NCBI GenBank assembly: GCA_044892505.1
Contig: CM097884.1
Location: 35,464,001-35,528,000 of the forward strand
Length of the DNA stretch: 64,000 nt
From: Schmidtea nova
Lineage: Eukaryota
Reading direction: 5' to 3'
Part shown: positions 1-14,068 of the stretch, one piece after another
How the letters are laid out: the number at the start of each line of letters is the position of its first letter
Numbering within the stretch: position 1 is the first letter of the stretch
Translations under genes and position numbers: made by a program
Notes under the pieces: generated by a model
Told to the model about the DNA's origin: nothing
The model's input: the letters and a program-made list of their open reading frames with translations, nothing else
Database searches by the model: none

Positions 1-842
1 GGGTTATTACGCGAAAGAGATATTGGTTTCTATGGTCACACCTTCATATTGTAAACAATGATGAGTCTCTGCCTCGAGAGAATCCAAGCCACGACAAGCT
101 GTTCAAAATCCGTCATGTAATTGAAAAACTGAACTATACATTTGCTGAGAGCTACGCAGCGCATCAGAACATCGCCGTTGACGAAAGTATAGTTTGATTC
201 AAGGGAAAATCAAGTATGTAGCAATATTTACTCATGAAGCCTATCAAAAGAGGATTCAAGGTGTGGTGTGCATCTTGTTCTTGTTGTGTTTATCTGCTAA
301 AATTTCAAGTCTACATCGGCAAAGAATTATCACAGGAACGTGGACTTGGTCATCGTATTGTTACAAATCTTGTCATGTCCAGGTTTTCTAACAGAAACCA
401 TGTCATATACATGGATAATTTCTTCACTTCACTTCCACTGTTTAAGGAGTTGGATTACAATGGAATTATGGCATGCGGAACAAGCCGAACCAATCGTGCA
501 GGATTTCCACGAGATCTGGCTGACAAGGGAACATTGAAACAGCTGACACTTGGCAAGTCAGTGATGCGCTGCAAGGGTAACACAACTGCAGTAGTGTGGA
601 TGGATAAAAAGCCAGTCTACGTTGTCAGCACTGCACATATACCAGCTACAGATAGTGTCAGTAGAAAGAATTCTGATGGCAGTGTTGTTCAAGTGAGTTT
701 CCCGAATAATGGGACAGAATACAATCGCTACATGGGCGGAGTTGACCGTCTTGATCAGCTCAAATTCTATTACAGTTACAACAGGAAGTCAAGGAGATGG
801 TGGATTCGCTTGTTTTTTCATCTTCTAGTAGTGGTAGTGTAA
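1..842 (+). mobile_element. piggyBac-family transposase, degenerate fragment
   Basis: IAVDES (upstream, with in-frame stops), KPIKRGFKVWC, YMDNFFTS, YNRYMGGVDRLDQ: the DDD triad motifs of piggyBac transposases; ends prematurely at 842. Confidence 0.92.
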
Positions 843-904
843 AAACTTAATTGATTTGAAATTTATTGCAATCAAAATTGTTTAAATTTAAATTCAACAA
901 AATA

Positions 905-1410
905 TATTGGCATTGAGGAGGAGATGAAGAGCACGGTCGTACTCAAGAACAGTTTTGTAAATTAAAAATAACAGTTATAAATGGATTCAATAAGAAATGG
1001 TCATCTAGATTATGTAAAGGAGATGTTATAATTATTGATGATTTGTATCAAGAAGCCAATAAAGAAAATGATTTTAACAATTTATTAACAAAAGTTAGTA
1101 GACATTGGTCGAGTTACAGTAATTTGTATAACACAAAATTTATTTCATCAAGGTGGAAATCATCGAACCCGTAATTTGAATGTTCTATACTTGATTATTT
1201 TTAAAAGTCCTAGAGAGGCAACAATAATTGATTTTCTAGCAAGGCAAGCTTATCCTAAAGATAGAAAATATTTATAAGATTTATTTCAAGATGCAACAAA
1301 ATCTTCCACGGATACATTTTCTTTGATTTTACTCAACAATGTTCTTGATGATTTACGGATTAGATAAAATATTTTCAATGAGAAAGGCGTATCAGTTTAT
1401 AGAAAATTTT
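905..1410 (+). mobile_element. Polinton/Maverick-type packaging ATPase fragment (pseudogene)
   Basis: Frameshifted segments IDDLYQEA, ITQNLFHQGGNHRTRNLNVLYLIIFKSPR, FLARQAYP resemble the Polinton A32-like ATPase. Confidence 0.75.
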
Positions 1411-1434
1411 AAATGATTAAACTTATTTATTAGA

Positions 1435-1930
1435 ATGACCTTTAAAAAAATTTTAGGGCAACGAGAAAAGGTTTCAAAGAATAATTTTACAAAGAAAATA
1501 CACCTAAAAGTAAAGTAAAATTTGAAAAGAAGAATAAAAAATTATTTAAAAATACTTATAAATGGATCAAGTTATAAACAATATATATTTTTAAAAATAA
1601 TAATGAAAATGAAATTAGATAGTAGTTCACCATATTTTAATGCTTTAATGAAAGTATCGAATAATCAAAGAATGAATATTTTACAAGCTTCATATGGTAT
1701 TGATGGGTTTCTTGAAGTTAATGTTAATGTTGTTCGTGGAAATGTAAATATAAGTAAAGCTACAAGAATTGTATTACAAAACATAAGAGATCGCTTTTGT
1801 CATTAGTTAACTCAACAAATCGAAATCTAATGCGAAAAATAATATATAAACAAAATAGAGGCTTTCTTGGTACATTAATACCAATAGTTCTATCGGCAAT
1901 AAGTGCGATTTCATTATTAAATTCATAGAT
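1435..1930 (+). mobile_element. Polinton-like small accessory ORF remnants
   Basis: NVVRGNVNISK and RKIIYKQNRGFLGTLIPIVLSAI resemble the short conserved Polinton protein ending in a QxGGFL plus hydrophobic tail; adjacent to the ATPase. Confidence 0.5.
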
Positions 1931-2199
1931 ATCTTCAAAACAGTATTTTATTAATGAGTACCGAGAATTCACTACTGAATAAACATAATCTAGATTTAAA
2001 TATACTAACATCTTGTTGCAATAATGAAGGAAACATTAATCAAAAAAGTCAAATTATCTAAAAAGAAAATATTGAAAAAGAAAATATTAGAGAAAATCTC
2101 AAATTAATATGGACAAATATTAAGATCTAGGTGGTTTTGGTGAGTAGGTAGTTAATGGCTCCCCAGGCCACTGGCTTTCTAGGCCACCACCCCCTTAGA

Positions 2200-3790
2200 A
2201 AAAAGTGAGTTAGAAAGCCACTATGTTTTTTGTCGATCTTTTGTATATGAAATTTTTGTCGGTCTTTTGTACAGGTGGCCTGGAAAGCCACTATGGTTTT
2301 GGGTCGATCTTTTGTATAAGAAAATTTTTGTCGGTCTTTTGAATAGGATTTTTTACTCCGAGATTTTTCTCGGGCAAAAAGAGACACTGGATTTTTGTAC
2401 AGGGATTTTTAAATAGGATTTTTGGTTTGGTATTTTTGAATAGGATTTTTAGTCTGGTTATTTTGAACAGGGATTTTTGGTCTGGTATTTTTGTATAGGA
2501 TTTTGATCTGGATTTTTTGAATAGGATTTTTCTACTCCGAGATTTTTCTAGGGCAAAAATAGACTGCTAATTTTGAACTATATTTTTATAGTAAATAAAA
2601 ACATGTGTAAATTATTTTAAACTAGTAAAAAATATTGAAATTATTTTGAATAAGATTTTCAATTCCCAGATTTTTCTAGGGCAAAAAGGGACTCTGGTAA
2701 TTTTTAACTAAAATTTAAATGGTAAATAAAAAACACGTGTATATTTTTTAAACTAGTAAAATAAATTGAAATTATTTTGATTAGGATTTTCAATTCTCAG
2801 ATTTTTCTTCAGGCAAAAAAAAGACTCTGCTAATTTTGAACTGAAATTTTTATAGTAAATAAAAACACGTGTAAATTAATTTAAACTAGTAAAATAGATT
2901 GAAATTATTTTGAATAGGATTTTCAATTCCCAGATTTTTTCTAGGGCAAAAAGGGACTCTGGTGATTTTGAACTAGATTTTTATAGTAAATAAAAACATG
3001 TGTAAATTATTTTAAACTAGTAAAATAGATTGAAATTATTTTGAATATGATTTTAAATTCCCACAATATCTAGGGCAAAAAGGGACTCTGGTAATTTTGA
3101 ACAGAAATTTTAAATAAAGATTTAAGAAAAGGGTATTAAACACGTGATTAAATTAAATAGGCAATAAAACATGGAGAATTTTACAAAAACAAAAGAATGA
3201 CATAATATTTAAAATTTAATAAAAGGGTAAAATTAAGGCAAAGTCAGAGTTGAAATGACATAATATTTTAAATTTAATAAAAAAGGGTAAAATTAAGGCA
3301 AAGTCAGAGTTGAAATGACATAATATGAAAAATTTAAAAATAAGTACGAAATTTTTTGGGAAATCTCGGAGTTGGTAATTTAAAAGTAAAATTTTTAAAG
3401 TAAATTTTTCAAAGTAAAATTTTTTTAGAATAAAATATTTTATAAAATTTAAATTTTTATAAAATCTTAAACTAAATTCAATAAACTTTTTTATACTGAA
3501 GTTTTTATGATAAAAAAAACACGTGTATATTTAGAAAAATTGATAAATAGATTTAAATGGTTAAATTAAATAGGCAATAAAACATGGAGAATTTTACAAA
3601 GACAAAAGAATGACATAATTTTTAAAACTTAATGAAAAAGGGTAAAATTAAGACAAAGTCAGAGTTAAAATGACATAATATTATAAATTTAATAAAAAAG
3701 GGTAAAATTAAGACAAAGTCAAACTTGAAATGACATAATATGAAAATTTAAAAAATAATTACGAAGTTCTTTTGGAAATCTCGGAGTTGA
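2200..3790. repeat. Complex tandem repeat block
   Basis: GGATTTTT short repeats, a ~120 bp unit (GATTTTTCTAGGGCAAAAAGGGACTCTGGTAATTTTGAACTA...) about five times, and a ~230 bp direct duplication (about 3140-3370 vs 3560-3790). Confidence 0.85.
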
Positions 3791-4989
3791 TAAATTTTTA
3801 AATATAAAATTAAAATTTTTTCACAAAATGAAATTTTTAAACCAATATAAGTCTTAAGAAATAAAATTTTTTACCAAATAAAAATTAAACAATACAAATC
3901 GAAATTTCAAATACAAAATTTTATTCAAGAAAGGTTTTGTCGTAATACATTCTTCTTAATTCTGCCAAAAGAAAGGTGTTTGGTCTGAGAATTTCCAAAA
4001 ATTAAAAAGTTGTCAGATTTCAATAATTTTTATACCAATCTACTGAGAATTGAAAGACGAACAATAAAGGTCAAAAAATTAAAATCATGAAAAAATCAAA
4101 ATATTTACAGGAAATGTCAGTCTCAGTAAAAAAGGGCAAAGTACATAAAAAACTTGGAAATATTTATAAAAAAATTTTAAACTAAATAATTAAATCTAAA
4201 TAAATTTATGATAATTAAATAAAAAAGTAAATAATTCCTATACGAATTTCCAAACTCAGTAAATAATTCACTCAATATTTTTGTATTGAATTTATTAAAT
4301 CAAATGGTACATTAAATAAAAAGCATGGAAATAATAAGTAAATTAAAATTTGAATTTTAAAATAATTTGTACTGGATTTATGACAAAATGGTAAAGTAAA
4401 TAAATTAAAGATAGAATTTTTAAAATAAATTAAGAATTTAAAGATAAATAGAATCAAAGCAAATAATATTTTTTAAAAATTAGTAAATTAAGAAAGACGT
4501 GAGTTTTAATGTCATAATTTTAAAATGAATTGGCTTTAAATGAACTTTTTAATGTAATATTTGAAAAATGTGAAAAAAATTAAATATTTTTTAAATTCTT
4601 TAAAGTAAATATTTTTAACAATAAAGTCAATGTAGAAATTTTTAACAATAAAATCAATGTAATTTTTTTTTAAACATTAACCAACAAGTAAAATTTTTTT
4701 AATTAATAAATACAAAGTAAATATTTTTTCACAAGTAAATATTTTTCACAAGTAATATCTTTAACTAATAAATACAAATCTAAATGTTTTTCAATATGAT
4801 CTTTTTAAAAAAATGTTCAAATAACAACAAATAAATGTAGTAAATAAAACACATGTAAATATTAAATTTATTTAGAATAAAAGTAGTTATTAAACAAGAG
4901 TTGTTACAATTTTGTATACTAAGTTAAAAAATATCGATTAATGTCATAAATTTTTAAAAATAAACGAAATAATTGAAAATATGGGAACA

Positions 4990-6600
4990 AGTAAAATAAT
5001 AATATTAATAATAATAATAATAAGTAACTCTATCAATCAATCTAAGTACCAACAATAAACTGATCAACTAACTAATAATCTCATTACACACACAAAAATC
5101 AACCACTGACTAGTAACTGATCAGATATCAACTGACTCTATCCACAAATCAAAAAATCAACTAGTTACTTACCAGTTACCAACTGACTCTATATTAACCA
5201 ACTAGGAAAATCTCTTCCATATGTCAATCAACTATCTCTTCCTATTAACTATATATCAATTAATCCAATCCCCTTAGTTAACAAACAGACCAATTCCTTA
5301 CTTACTAACTAGTTCTACACTAACCAACTAACTAACTATACATACTAACCAGCAACTAATCCCTTACTTACCAACTAGTTATATACATCAACCAACTAAC
5401 TCTTCTCATCAACCAACTAACTCTTCTCATTAACCAAGTAACTCTATTCACAAATCCCCAACCAACTACACTAATCAACTAACTAACTATACATACTAAC
5501 CAACAACTAATCTACTAATCTCTTACTTACCAACTAGTTCTATACATCAACCAACTAACTCTTCTCATCAACCAACTAACTCTATTCACAAATCACCAAC
5601 CAACTACTCTAACCAACTAACTAACTATACATACTAACCAACAACTAATCTCGTACTTACCAACTAACTCGTCTCATCAACCAACTAACTGTTCTCATCA
5701 ATCAACTAACTGTACTCATTAACCAACTAACTCTTCTCATCAACAAACTAATTCTTCTCATTAAGCAACTAACTCTATTCACAAATCACCAACCAACTAC
5801 ACTAATCAACTAACTAACAATACACACTAACCAACAACTAATCTCTTACTTACCAACTAGTTCTATACATCAACCAACTAACTCTTCACATTAACCAACA
5901 AATATTATTCATTAATCTTATACCAACCATATTAACTATATTAACCAACTAACTAACTAAACACTCTAACTATCAACCAATACCTTACTTTCCAACTACT
6001 TCTCATTAACCAACTAAATCTATTCACAAATCACCAATCCACTACCCACTCTATACATACTAACCTAGTCAGCAACCAAATACTTACCTACCAAGTAGTT
6101 TTACACATTAACCAACTACATGTTAACCAACTAGTTCTTTACATTAACCAACTAGTTCTATTCATTAATCTTATACAAACCAACCAACCAACCGCTCTTT
6201 AAATACTAACCAGAAATCAATTCCTTACTAACCAACTAGTTCTATACATTAATCTTATACCTGTCAATCAACCAAACAACTAACTAACTATACATACTAA
6301 CCTGCAACCAATTCCTTACTAACAAATTAGTTCTATACTGCAAACAACTAACTCTTCACATTAACCAACTAACTCTATTCACAAATCATCAACCAATTAC
6401 ACTAACCAACTAACTAACTATACACACTAACCAGCAACTAATCTCTTACTTAGTTAGTTACATTAACCAACTAACTCTATTTATAAACCAACAACAGACT
6501 AGTTACTTATTAAATATCAATTGATTCTATTTACAATGAACTAGTTAAATCAACTAATCGGATACCAACTGACTCTATATTAAACAAATAATTCTTCACT
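4990..6600. repeat. G-poor, strand-asymmetric imperfect array of AACCAACTAACT modules
   Basis: Many AACCAACTAACT / ACTATACATACTAACC modules with visible higher-order repetition. Confidence 0.85.
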
Positions 6601-8329
6601 CTAAGGAAATTGTTCCACATATCAATTAACTCTTCGCATTAACTAGATATGATATTTAAAACTAACTGATTCTAAATGTAGTGTCATAAAATTAAATTTA
6701 TTACTTTGAATAATTGAATTAATCTTTAGTTGATTATCAGTTTTTAAAAAGGTATACTAATAACTACGTTGTTAAATTTGAATTTTTTTATTAAATAAAG
6801 TTCTTAAAATTTAGAATATATTTAAAATACAAATGACTTTTAATCCAAAGCTCTATTGAAATCATTGTTCATCTAATTCTTCACTTGATAACTAACATGT
6901 ATAATTAATTTAAAAACCATTATAAAAAACTCCGTTAACTAGGTAAACATATTAAAATGATAATTAAGCAACTAATGAAATATTTTTTGATACTTCTTAT
7001 TACATGTTTAAATTAATTCTTCACTCTGTTAATTTAAAGGATTAAATAAATAAATATTCAATTAATTCTTTGTTGATTGTCAATAAATTCTAAAAAATAA
7101 TAAAAAATTAATTCAAAAATTTCAATACAAATATTTATTTATTAAACATTTTTATTAACCACACTAAACAGTGCTACCAAATGTTTTTTGTCATTGGATT
7201 CTAGTATCAGACTCTGTTATAGTCAATTCACATCAAAATTGACGATATGTTTTCATCAATAGCGGCGGATAATAAAATCCCATTGGATCAAACATGTGTA
7301 TTTTATTGGGTTTCACATAAACTACAATCATGAAAATATAATTTGAATCTTTTGCATGTACAGACCATCACAAAAAAGGTTCTGCTACCAAAGGTTCTGT
7401 TAGAAAGGTTCTGCTACGTGATAAATTTAATGAAAATGTATCAATAATGATATATAAGTGAATATACAATATGAATCTTTTTCAGACAAAAACCATCACA
7501 AAAGAAGTTCTTCTACCCAGGTTTTGTTACTAAGGTGCTGTTTCTAAGGTTATATTAGAAAAGTTCTGATACTGAATATAATTGGTAATAATGAATTTTA
7601 CCAAAATATTTATTGATTTTTCCTTTAAAATATTTTCAGTGAATTATTAATATAATTAATTTTTTTATTTTTATTATTATTACCACGTAGTAATTTTTGA
7701 AACATTAAATCTGTTTCGAATATTCCTTATAAAATTTATAAAAGTTGTTATAAGAAGAAAAACTATTCAATTTATACATAAAGGGTAAATAATATATGTG
7801 ATGCAGTTACATGTTTGGAAATAGTAACTTTTCATTGAATTGTGACAGTTTTTATCATAATTCGTTGCATTACAATATTTTTGTTATAATCTGTCTATTA
7901 AAAGATTTTGCATAAATAATTAATTATGAAATTAAAATAAAGTGTAAAAATATCGATAAATAAAAATTAATAAAAATGTTAAACGAAATCTGATTGGTTA
8001 ATTTTAAGTTATGAAAACATATATAAATTGATTAAAAATTACAGTTTTCATTAAAAATGTATCAACTTAAAAGTAAGTTTAATTAATTTTAAATGATTAT
8101 TTTTATTATTTTATTCTAGAATCTTCGAACAAAAAGATGTTGAAACAAGAAGTAATGAAAATTATTCTTGAAGAAAATTCTATTTCGGCATCAAATTTGG
8201 TTATACGTTTAAAATTAAAATTAAAATTAATATTTCCCCGGCAACAATAATTAATTCGGAATTTGGTATATATTCGAATATATTATATTATTATTATTAT
8301 TTTTTTTTTAATGATCATCAAAGAACTTA

Positions 8330-8759
8330 ATTTTACTGGTCTTCCGATTCGTTTGGGACATAGATCGTATTGAGGCAAGCCATGGCTAACAACACGATAT
8401 AGGAAAATACATGTAAGATGGGAAATTGACAAACACCAAATAAAATATGCTTTCGCAAGAAGATTGTCTATAGCATCATGTGTAATAAATGCGAAGAAAT
8501 TTACATTGGAAGCATCCTTTGGACTTTGCATTAGAGAATTAAAGAACATCTTGATCCTGGTAAAAAGTTATTTGTATATAGGCATCTTCAACAATGTCAG
8601 ACAGAAAATAAGGAAAAATTAATATTAGTGAGAATATTGACAAGCGAAAATGACGAAAAAAATCTCAGACTTAAAGAAGCTATTCTCATTAGAGACAAAC
8701 ATCCAATAATTAACTCTAAAGAGGAAGTTAGCGAAATCGCCCACTTACTATTATGTTAA
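8330..8759 (+). mobile_element. Penelope-like element, GIY-YIG endonuclease remnant (HHR family 3)
   Basis: CFRKKIVYSIMCNKCEEIYIGS...RIKEH...LRLKEAILIRDKHPIINSKEE with two in-frame stops; homologous to 15915-16610. Confidence 0.9.
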
Positions 8760-9125
8760 AAACGTGTTGCTCTATAAAGAAAAAATGAAAAAATGGGGAA
8801 AAAAGAGATAGTACAGAGAATACAATGGCATTTCAAAGAGATATAATTAAATTCAAAAAATTCAAATATAGAGGGTTGGAAAATTTAAATATAAAATGCA
8901 GACAATAAGAGGAAAAATATTTTAAAATTTAAAAAATGATGAATTTATTTATTCGAAAATAAAAGATTTTAATAAAAAGTTTTTAAATTTTAGAGTTTAA
9001 ATTTTATATTTAAAAAATGTTAACAAAAATATTTAGAAACAATTTAAAATTTAAAATAAAATTATATTAATCAGATTAACAATTAATGAAAAGGAAGATA
9101 ATTCAAGAAAAAATATGACGAATTA

Positions 9126-9164
9126 GAGATTGACGAGGAATATATTATAATCGAAAATTTTCTC
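9126..9164 (+). ncRNA. Minimal type I hammerhead variant, family 3 (U3.G8)
   Basis: GAGA TTGACGA G GAATATATTATAATC GAA AATT T TCTC, downstream of the PLE remnant; one mismatch in stem II. Confidence 0.6.
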
Positions 9165-9230
9165 ACTTAATTAAATTATTTTTTCATCAAAGGCTTATTT
9201 TGTTACTTATTTTGTTAATTCATTTATTAA

Positions 9231-9296
<66 letters not shown>

Positions 9297-9343
9297 CAAT
9301 AATTCTCATAATGACTATAGATCAAATTTTTTTATATACAATA

Positions 9344-9376
9344 ACACAATATTTCGGCACAGCCTTTATCAAGTGT
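9344..9376 (-). ncRNA. Minimal type I hammerhead, family 1 (U3-A8)
   Basis: Reverse complement ACAC TTGATAA A GGC TGT GCC GAA ATAT T GTGT. Confidence 0.8.
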
Positions 9377-9392
9377 GTATTTACATAAATAC

Positions 9393-9425
9393 ACACTTGA
9401 TAAAGGCTGTGCCGAAATATTGTGT
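9393..9425 (+). ncRNA. Minimal type I hammerhead, family 1 (U3-A8)
   Basis: ACAC TTGATAA A GGC TGT GCC GAA ATAT T GTGT. Confidence 0.8.
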
Positions 9426-11974
9426 TATTGTATATAAAAAAATTTGATCTATAGTCATTATGAGAATTATTGATAATAATAATAAAAAAAGATCAAAGGT
9501 NNNNNNNNNNNNNNNNNNNNNNNNNNNNNNNNNNNNNNNNNNNNNNNNNNNNNNNNNNNNNNNNNNNNNNNNNNNNNNNNNNNNNNNNNNNNNNNNNNNN
9601 NNNNNNNNNNNNNNNNNNNNNNNNNNNNNNNNNNNNNNNNNNNNNNNNNNNNNNNNNNNNNNNNNNNNNNNNNNNNNNNNNNNNNNNNNNNNNNNNNNNN
9701 NNNNNNNNNNNNNNNNNNNNNNNNNNNNNNNNNNNNNNNNNNNNNNNNNNNNNNNNNNNNNNNNNNNNNNNNNNNNNNNNNNNNNNNNNNNNNNNNNNNN
9801 NNNNNNNNNNNNNNNNNNNNNNNNNNNNNNNNNNNNNNNNNNNNNNNNNNNNNNNNNNNNNNNNNNNNNNNNNNNNNNNNNNNNNNNNNNNNNNNNNNNN
9901 NNNNNNNNNNNNNNNNNNNNNNNNNNNNNNNNNNNNNNNNNNNNNNNNNNNNNNNNNNNNNNNNNNNNNNNNNNNNNNNNNNNATAATTTCTTTCAGCTA
10001 TTATTATATGAATAATTTTTTTTTAATTTGAGACTATTTACTTATGTTTATATGTAACTTATGTATTTTTATATTATAAAACAAACATAAATACATATAA
10101 ATTCAAGAAGCAAAAGAACTAATATAGCATATAAAGAGTTATGCTTAATTTGGAATTAATTTTAAAATATGTCCTAAAAGATATGCATTCAAAGTGAATT
10201 TTAATCATTCATAATTAAATATAAATGTTAAGTGAAACATTGTCTAAAAATGATTCTAATTGAGTGAATTTAGAATTCATTTGTTTTGAAAGCATAAAAA
10301 TTATTTACTATGACATTATACTTCACTACTTTCTTAATATTTAATTCTATATTTTGGAATTATTTTAATATTGTTAAATATAATAATTAATTTTCTTAAT
10401 TTTCATTTCTTTTACATCTTTTTTTGCTTTACATTAACTACAAAAATAATTTATGATCTGTAAAAATAAAGATGAAACTTAATTCTTTTTATTCCTAAGA
10501 CATTCGCTAGTTCCCGTATAAAATCATAATCATGCAAATTAATTTAAATTATTAAAGTTTTCTTTAAGCATATGCGGTATTTGGAACATATTGTTAATAA
10601 CTTTATTATTAATAACCTTACGAAAATGTCAAAAAAAATATTATAAGACATTTGCAAAAACTTAGAATGTCTTTCTGGTCTAGAAATGGTTAAAAGGGAA
10701 GATATTAATTTGTTTGGCATCATGTAAATTTTCCAGTCACTAATTTCTGTACATGATTTTTTAAATAATCTTTTCCACAAACCTATAAAAATTTGATTTT
10801 TCTAGTATTTTAATTGTTTTCTTAACATTTTATGAAATGTAAATTGCACATATGTTAACATTAGCATATGACAATTTCTCGAAAAATACATTCAGTTGTT
10901 TCACTTGATTTATCAGGCAGTTTATACGCCTATTTCTAGCGCATAAAAATTTTCTTCTTTTTGTTTCTTACTTGAAATAGTATAATTTTTTCAAGAGAAG
11001 TGTTTTTAATATCTGAAGATATGTAAAATAAAATATTCCGGAAACCAATTTATTTTCTCTATATAAGAAGAATCAAGTAAATTAATAAATTTAATGTATA
11101 ATTTTTAAAACCCGTAATAAAATAATTTGAAAATTAGAAATAAATTCAAGAAAGTAAGTTCAGTATTTTAAGCCCAATAAATTGTAAAAAATAATTCTGA
11201 ATAAAATGCAGTTTCATTGATAAATGGACTAATAAAATGCAGAAAATATATCTACTTCGAAGTAGACGTTCAAAAAAAATTGACACTCAAGTAATTTTTA
11301 TTATAAATAAAATTAATACTTCATAATTAAAAGATTTTAAATTAAATAATATTGCAATTAAGACAATTTTTTTCGTTATTATTTGATAATTTATTTTAAT
11401 AATATTTAGAAAAGAGTAAATTGCACAACGTAGAACAAATGTCATTTAGCATTTTATAAACTAGATGGTTAAAGTTAACAACAAAAAAGCATGAAATTAT
11501 GATTTTTAATTTATATAATTTTTAATTTTTAATATTTTTTACCTTTAATTTGTTAATTACGATTTCATTCATTTTCATTCATTTAGACTATAGTTCAATA
11601 TGCTTTTGATTTAACCCAAATTTTCAGCACTGCTTTTTAAAATAATACTTGAAAAAAGCAGTGCCAAATATTCAAATTAAAAAAATGAAAATAAAGCAGC
11701 AAATTCTAGATAATTTTAAAAAGAATGTCAACATTTGTGAAATTGTTAGAACTTTCTTTATAATCCGTCTATAAATTATAACAAATAAAAAAATGGAAAT
11801 TCCAAGCATTTGAATGTGGCTATCAGAAAAGTTTGGCAACCTTTTCGGAGCAAACATAAGAAAAACAAATATTTACTTAAAATAATAAAAAGTCAAAGAG
11901 AAATAAGTTTGACAGGGAATCAGAAAAGATTTGCAGTTTCTGAAATTTAAACTCATATTTACTGACGGGCGCTA

Positions 11975-13160
11975 CCGTCTTAACCCGAAAAAAATACTAT
12001 GGTGTTGTATTTGAGTTTTTAAAAAATTTTGACTTTTTAAAACATTGAAGAAAAATTCAAATATAACACCTTGTTTAAATAACACCATGGTTTTTTATTT
12101 AATATTTAAACAATAATATAATGCTAATTAACCAAGCATATGTATCCCAAAATACTGATCAATTTCTACCATTACCACAGTTTGAATTGGATTTGATACT
12201 AGATATTCAAATGAAGTTTTAGTATTTGCATTTTTTATTATAATGTTCCAATTTTCCAATTTTCTTTAATGGACACAGCAAAAATCTCGTTTTCAGATGC
12301 AGGTATGTCATCATTCTGAATGTTTTCAAAATAATTAGAATCTTCTAAATCAGATAATTCATGCAGAGACTGCATAAATAAAATTAATTGATTTTTATAC
12401 TCCTTCCAAGTATTTTCAGCTTGATTACTATATTTCTTGTGGTTTACGCACATATAAAAGCTTGCAGTATTTGAATCTGGTAAGTACCATTCTAGTGGTT
12501 GATATTTTTCTTCATTTATATCATCGTTTTCAGGTGTAACATACTCACTTGCATATAATTCATTTCAGATAGTAATATCAAAAGATGGTTGAAATAAAGC
12601 TTTTAAAGGTGGATGGAGAATATTCATATAAAATATTTCTTTAGGAACCAATCCACATACCTTAAATGCATTAACTTCTTGTTCTGGCGTTTTTGTGCTA
12701 ATCCATTCAATAATTCAGTTTGAAACCATTTCATTGCTAGGAACTTTAGGGTTTCCAGCTTTTGTTTGCAAGTTATTATCTTCCAAAGCACATCCAATAT
12801 AAGAATCATAAGCTGTTTGTTAAAAACTTTGAAAACTTCTATTTATAGCAACATCCAAAGGCTGTAAAATACTGGTCAAGTTAGGAGGTACAATTACAAT
12901 ATGAATATTATATTTCTCCAATCATTTGGAATTTGCAAGCTTTGTATGAGCACCATAAGAATCTATAATAATATATAGGATAGGTTTTAATTTTAAGAAA
13001 TACTTTTTTTATTATTTATTATTTTAATATTAAAAATATATAAAAAAAAAGTTATTACATTAAAGTATTTTAAAACACCATGGTGTTATATTTGAATAAA
13101 ACACCAGAGTGGTCTTATATTCAAACATAACACCATGGTGTTATTTTCGGGTTAAGACGG
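11975..13160 (-). mobile_element. pogo/Tigger-like DNA transposon, internally deleted
   Basis: TIR CCGTCTTAACCCGAAAA at both ends, TA flanks, repeated ACACCATGGTGT subterminal palindromes; minus-strand IIDSYGAH...[17 protein letters not shown] (DDE_1). Confidence 0.9.
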
Positions 13161-14068
13161 TAGTTTTCATTTCAAAACAAATTAATATTAATATTAATTT
13201 GTTTATTAACTCTTTAAGTACACATATATTTGGTGTAAAGATGTAAAAAACATTTTTAAATTTCTTTTACCTATAGACAAAGAATTAAAAGCAGAAATAA
13301 CATTTATTGCAAATTTAAAATTTTTCAAATAATAAAGAAGAACAACTTTCACATTAATAAAAATATATTTATTTCTTTTTTTCATTATGTAGAAATAATA
13401 TTGTTTAGGAATTTATTCAATTTAATAGTCATTAAAAATAATGAAACAAACTAGAATTCAGTAAGTATTTCATTCTGCTTGCGGAATATGTTCTAAAATG
13501 TTTTTATAAAATTATTGACAATGATTATTTTGAGAGGTATGGTTATTACAAAAATGTGACTCGTGCTATTTCTTGATATTGGGGTGCCTTTAAAAACAAC
13601 TATTTAAAAAATATTAAAAATTTTAAATAAAGGTATTTTGTAATATATTTTTAATAGAAATATAAAATACTTTTTTATTATTTTTTTGTTGGCAGAGAAT
13701 ATTACAATGTAATAATAATAAAGGTAAAAATGTTAACCTTTTCTCCACAATGTTTATTTGGATGAACTATTTCAATCTCATAAAGATCCTGATCATTTCC
13801 TTTAAAACTCTATTTGGAATTTAATTTAAACTGTTAAATAAAAATGTTGATTTCGAAAAAAAAAAGTTTTGTTTAAATAGTCTCTTAAACCAGATTTTAG
13901 GAGAAGGAAAATACGCCCAAAGAAATGATGTCAATTGGAAAGAATTTCTTATTGGAGTGATAAGGATCTTTTTAAGATCAAAAGATTTCATTGAAATGAG
14001 CATTGCGGAGAAATGAAAATCACTTTTAAATTTATTTTTATATTTAAATAAAAAATAAATACAACGAC

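Larger units (their letters stand above)
9285..9484. repeat. ~200 bp perfect palindrome of the PLE family-1 terminal sequence
   Basis: Mirror arms around a 2-nt centre (CA at 9384-9385). Confidence 0.95.

Noticed and set aside
2200-6600. Repeat arrays as CRISPR-like loci
   Set aside because: Eukaryotic context, no constant repeat with unique spacers, no cas genes
9200-9388. Poly-Leu ORF
   Set aside because: Translation of a (TTA)n microsatellite
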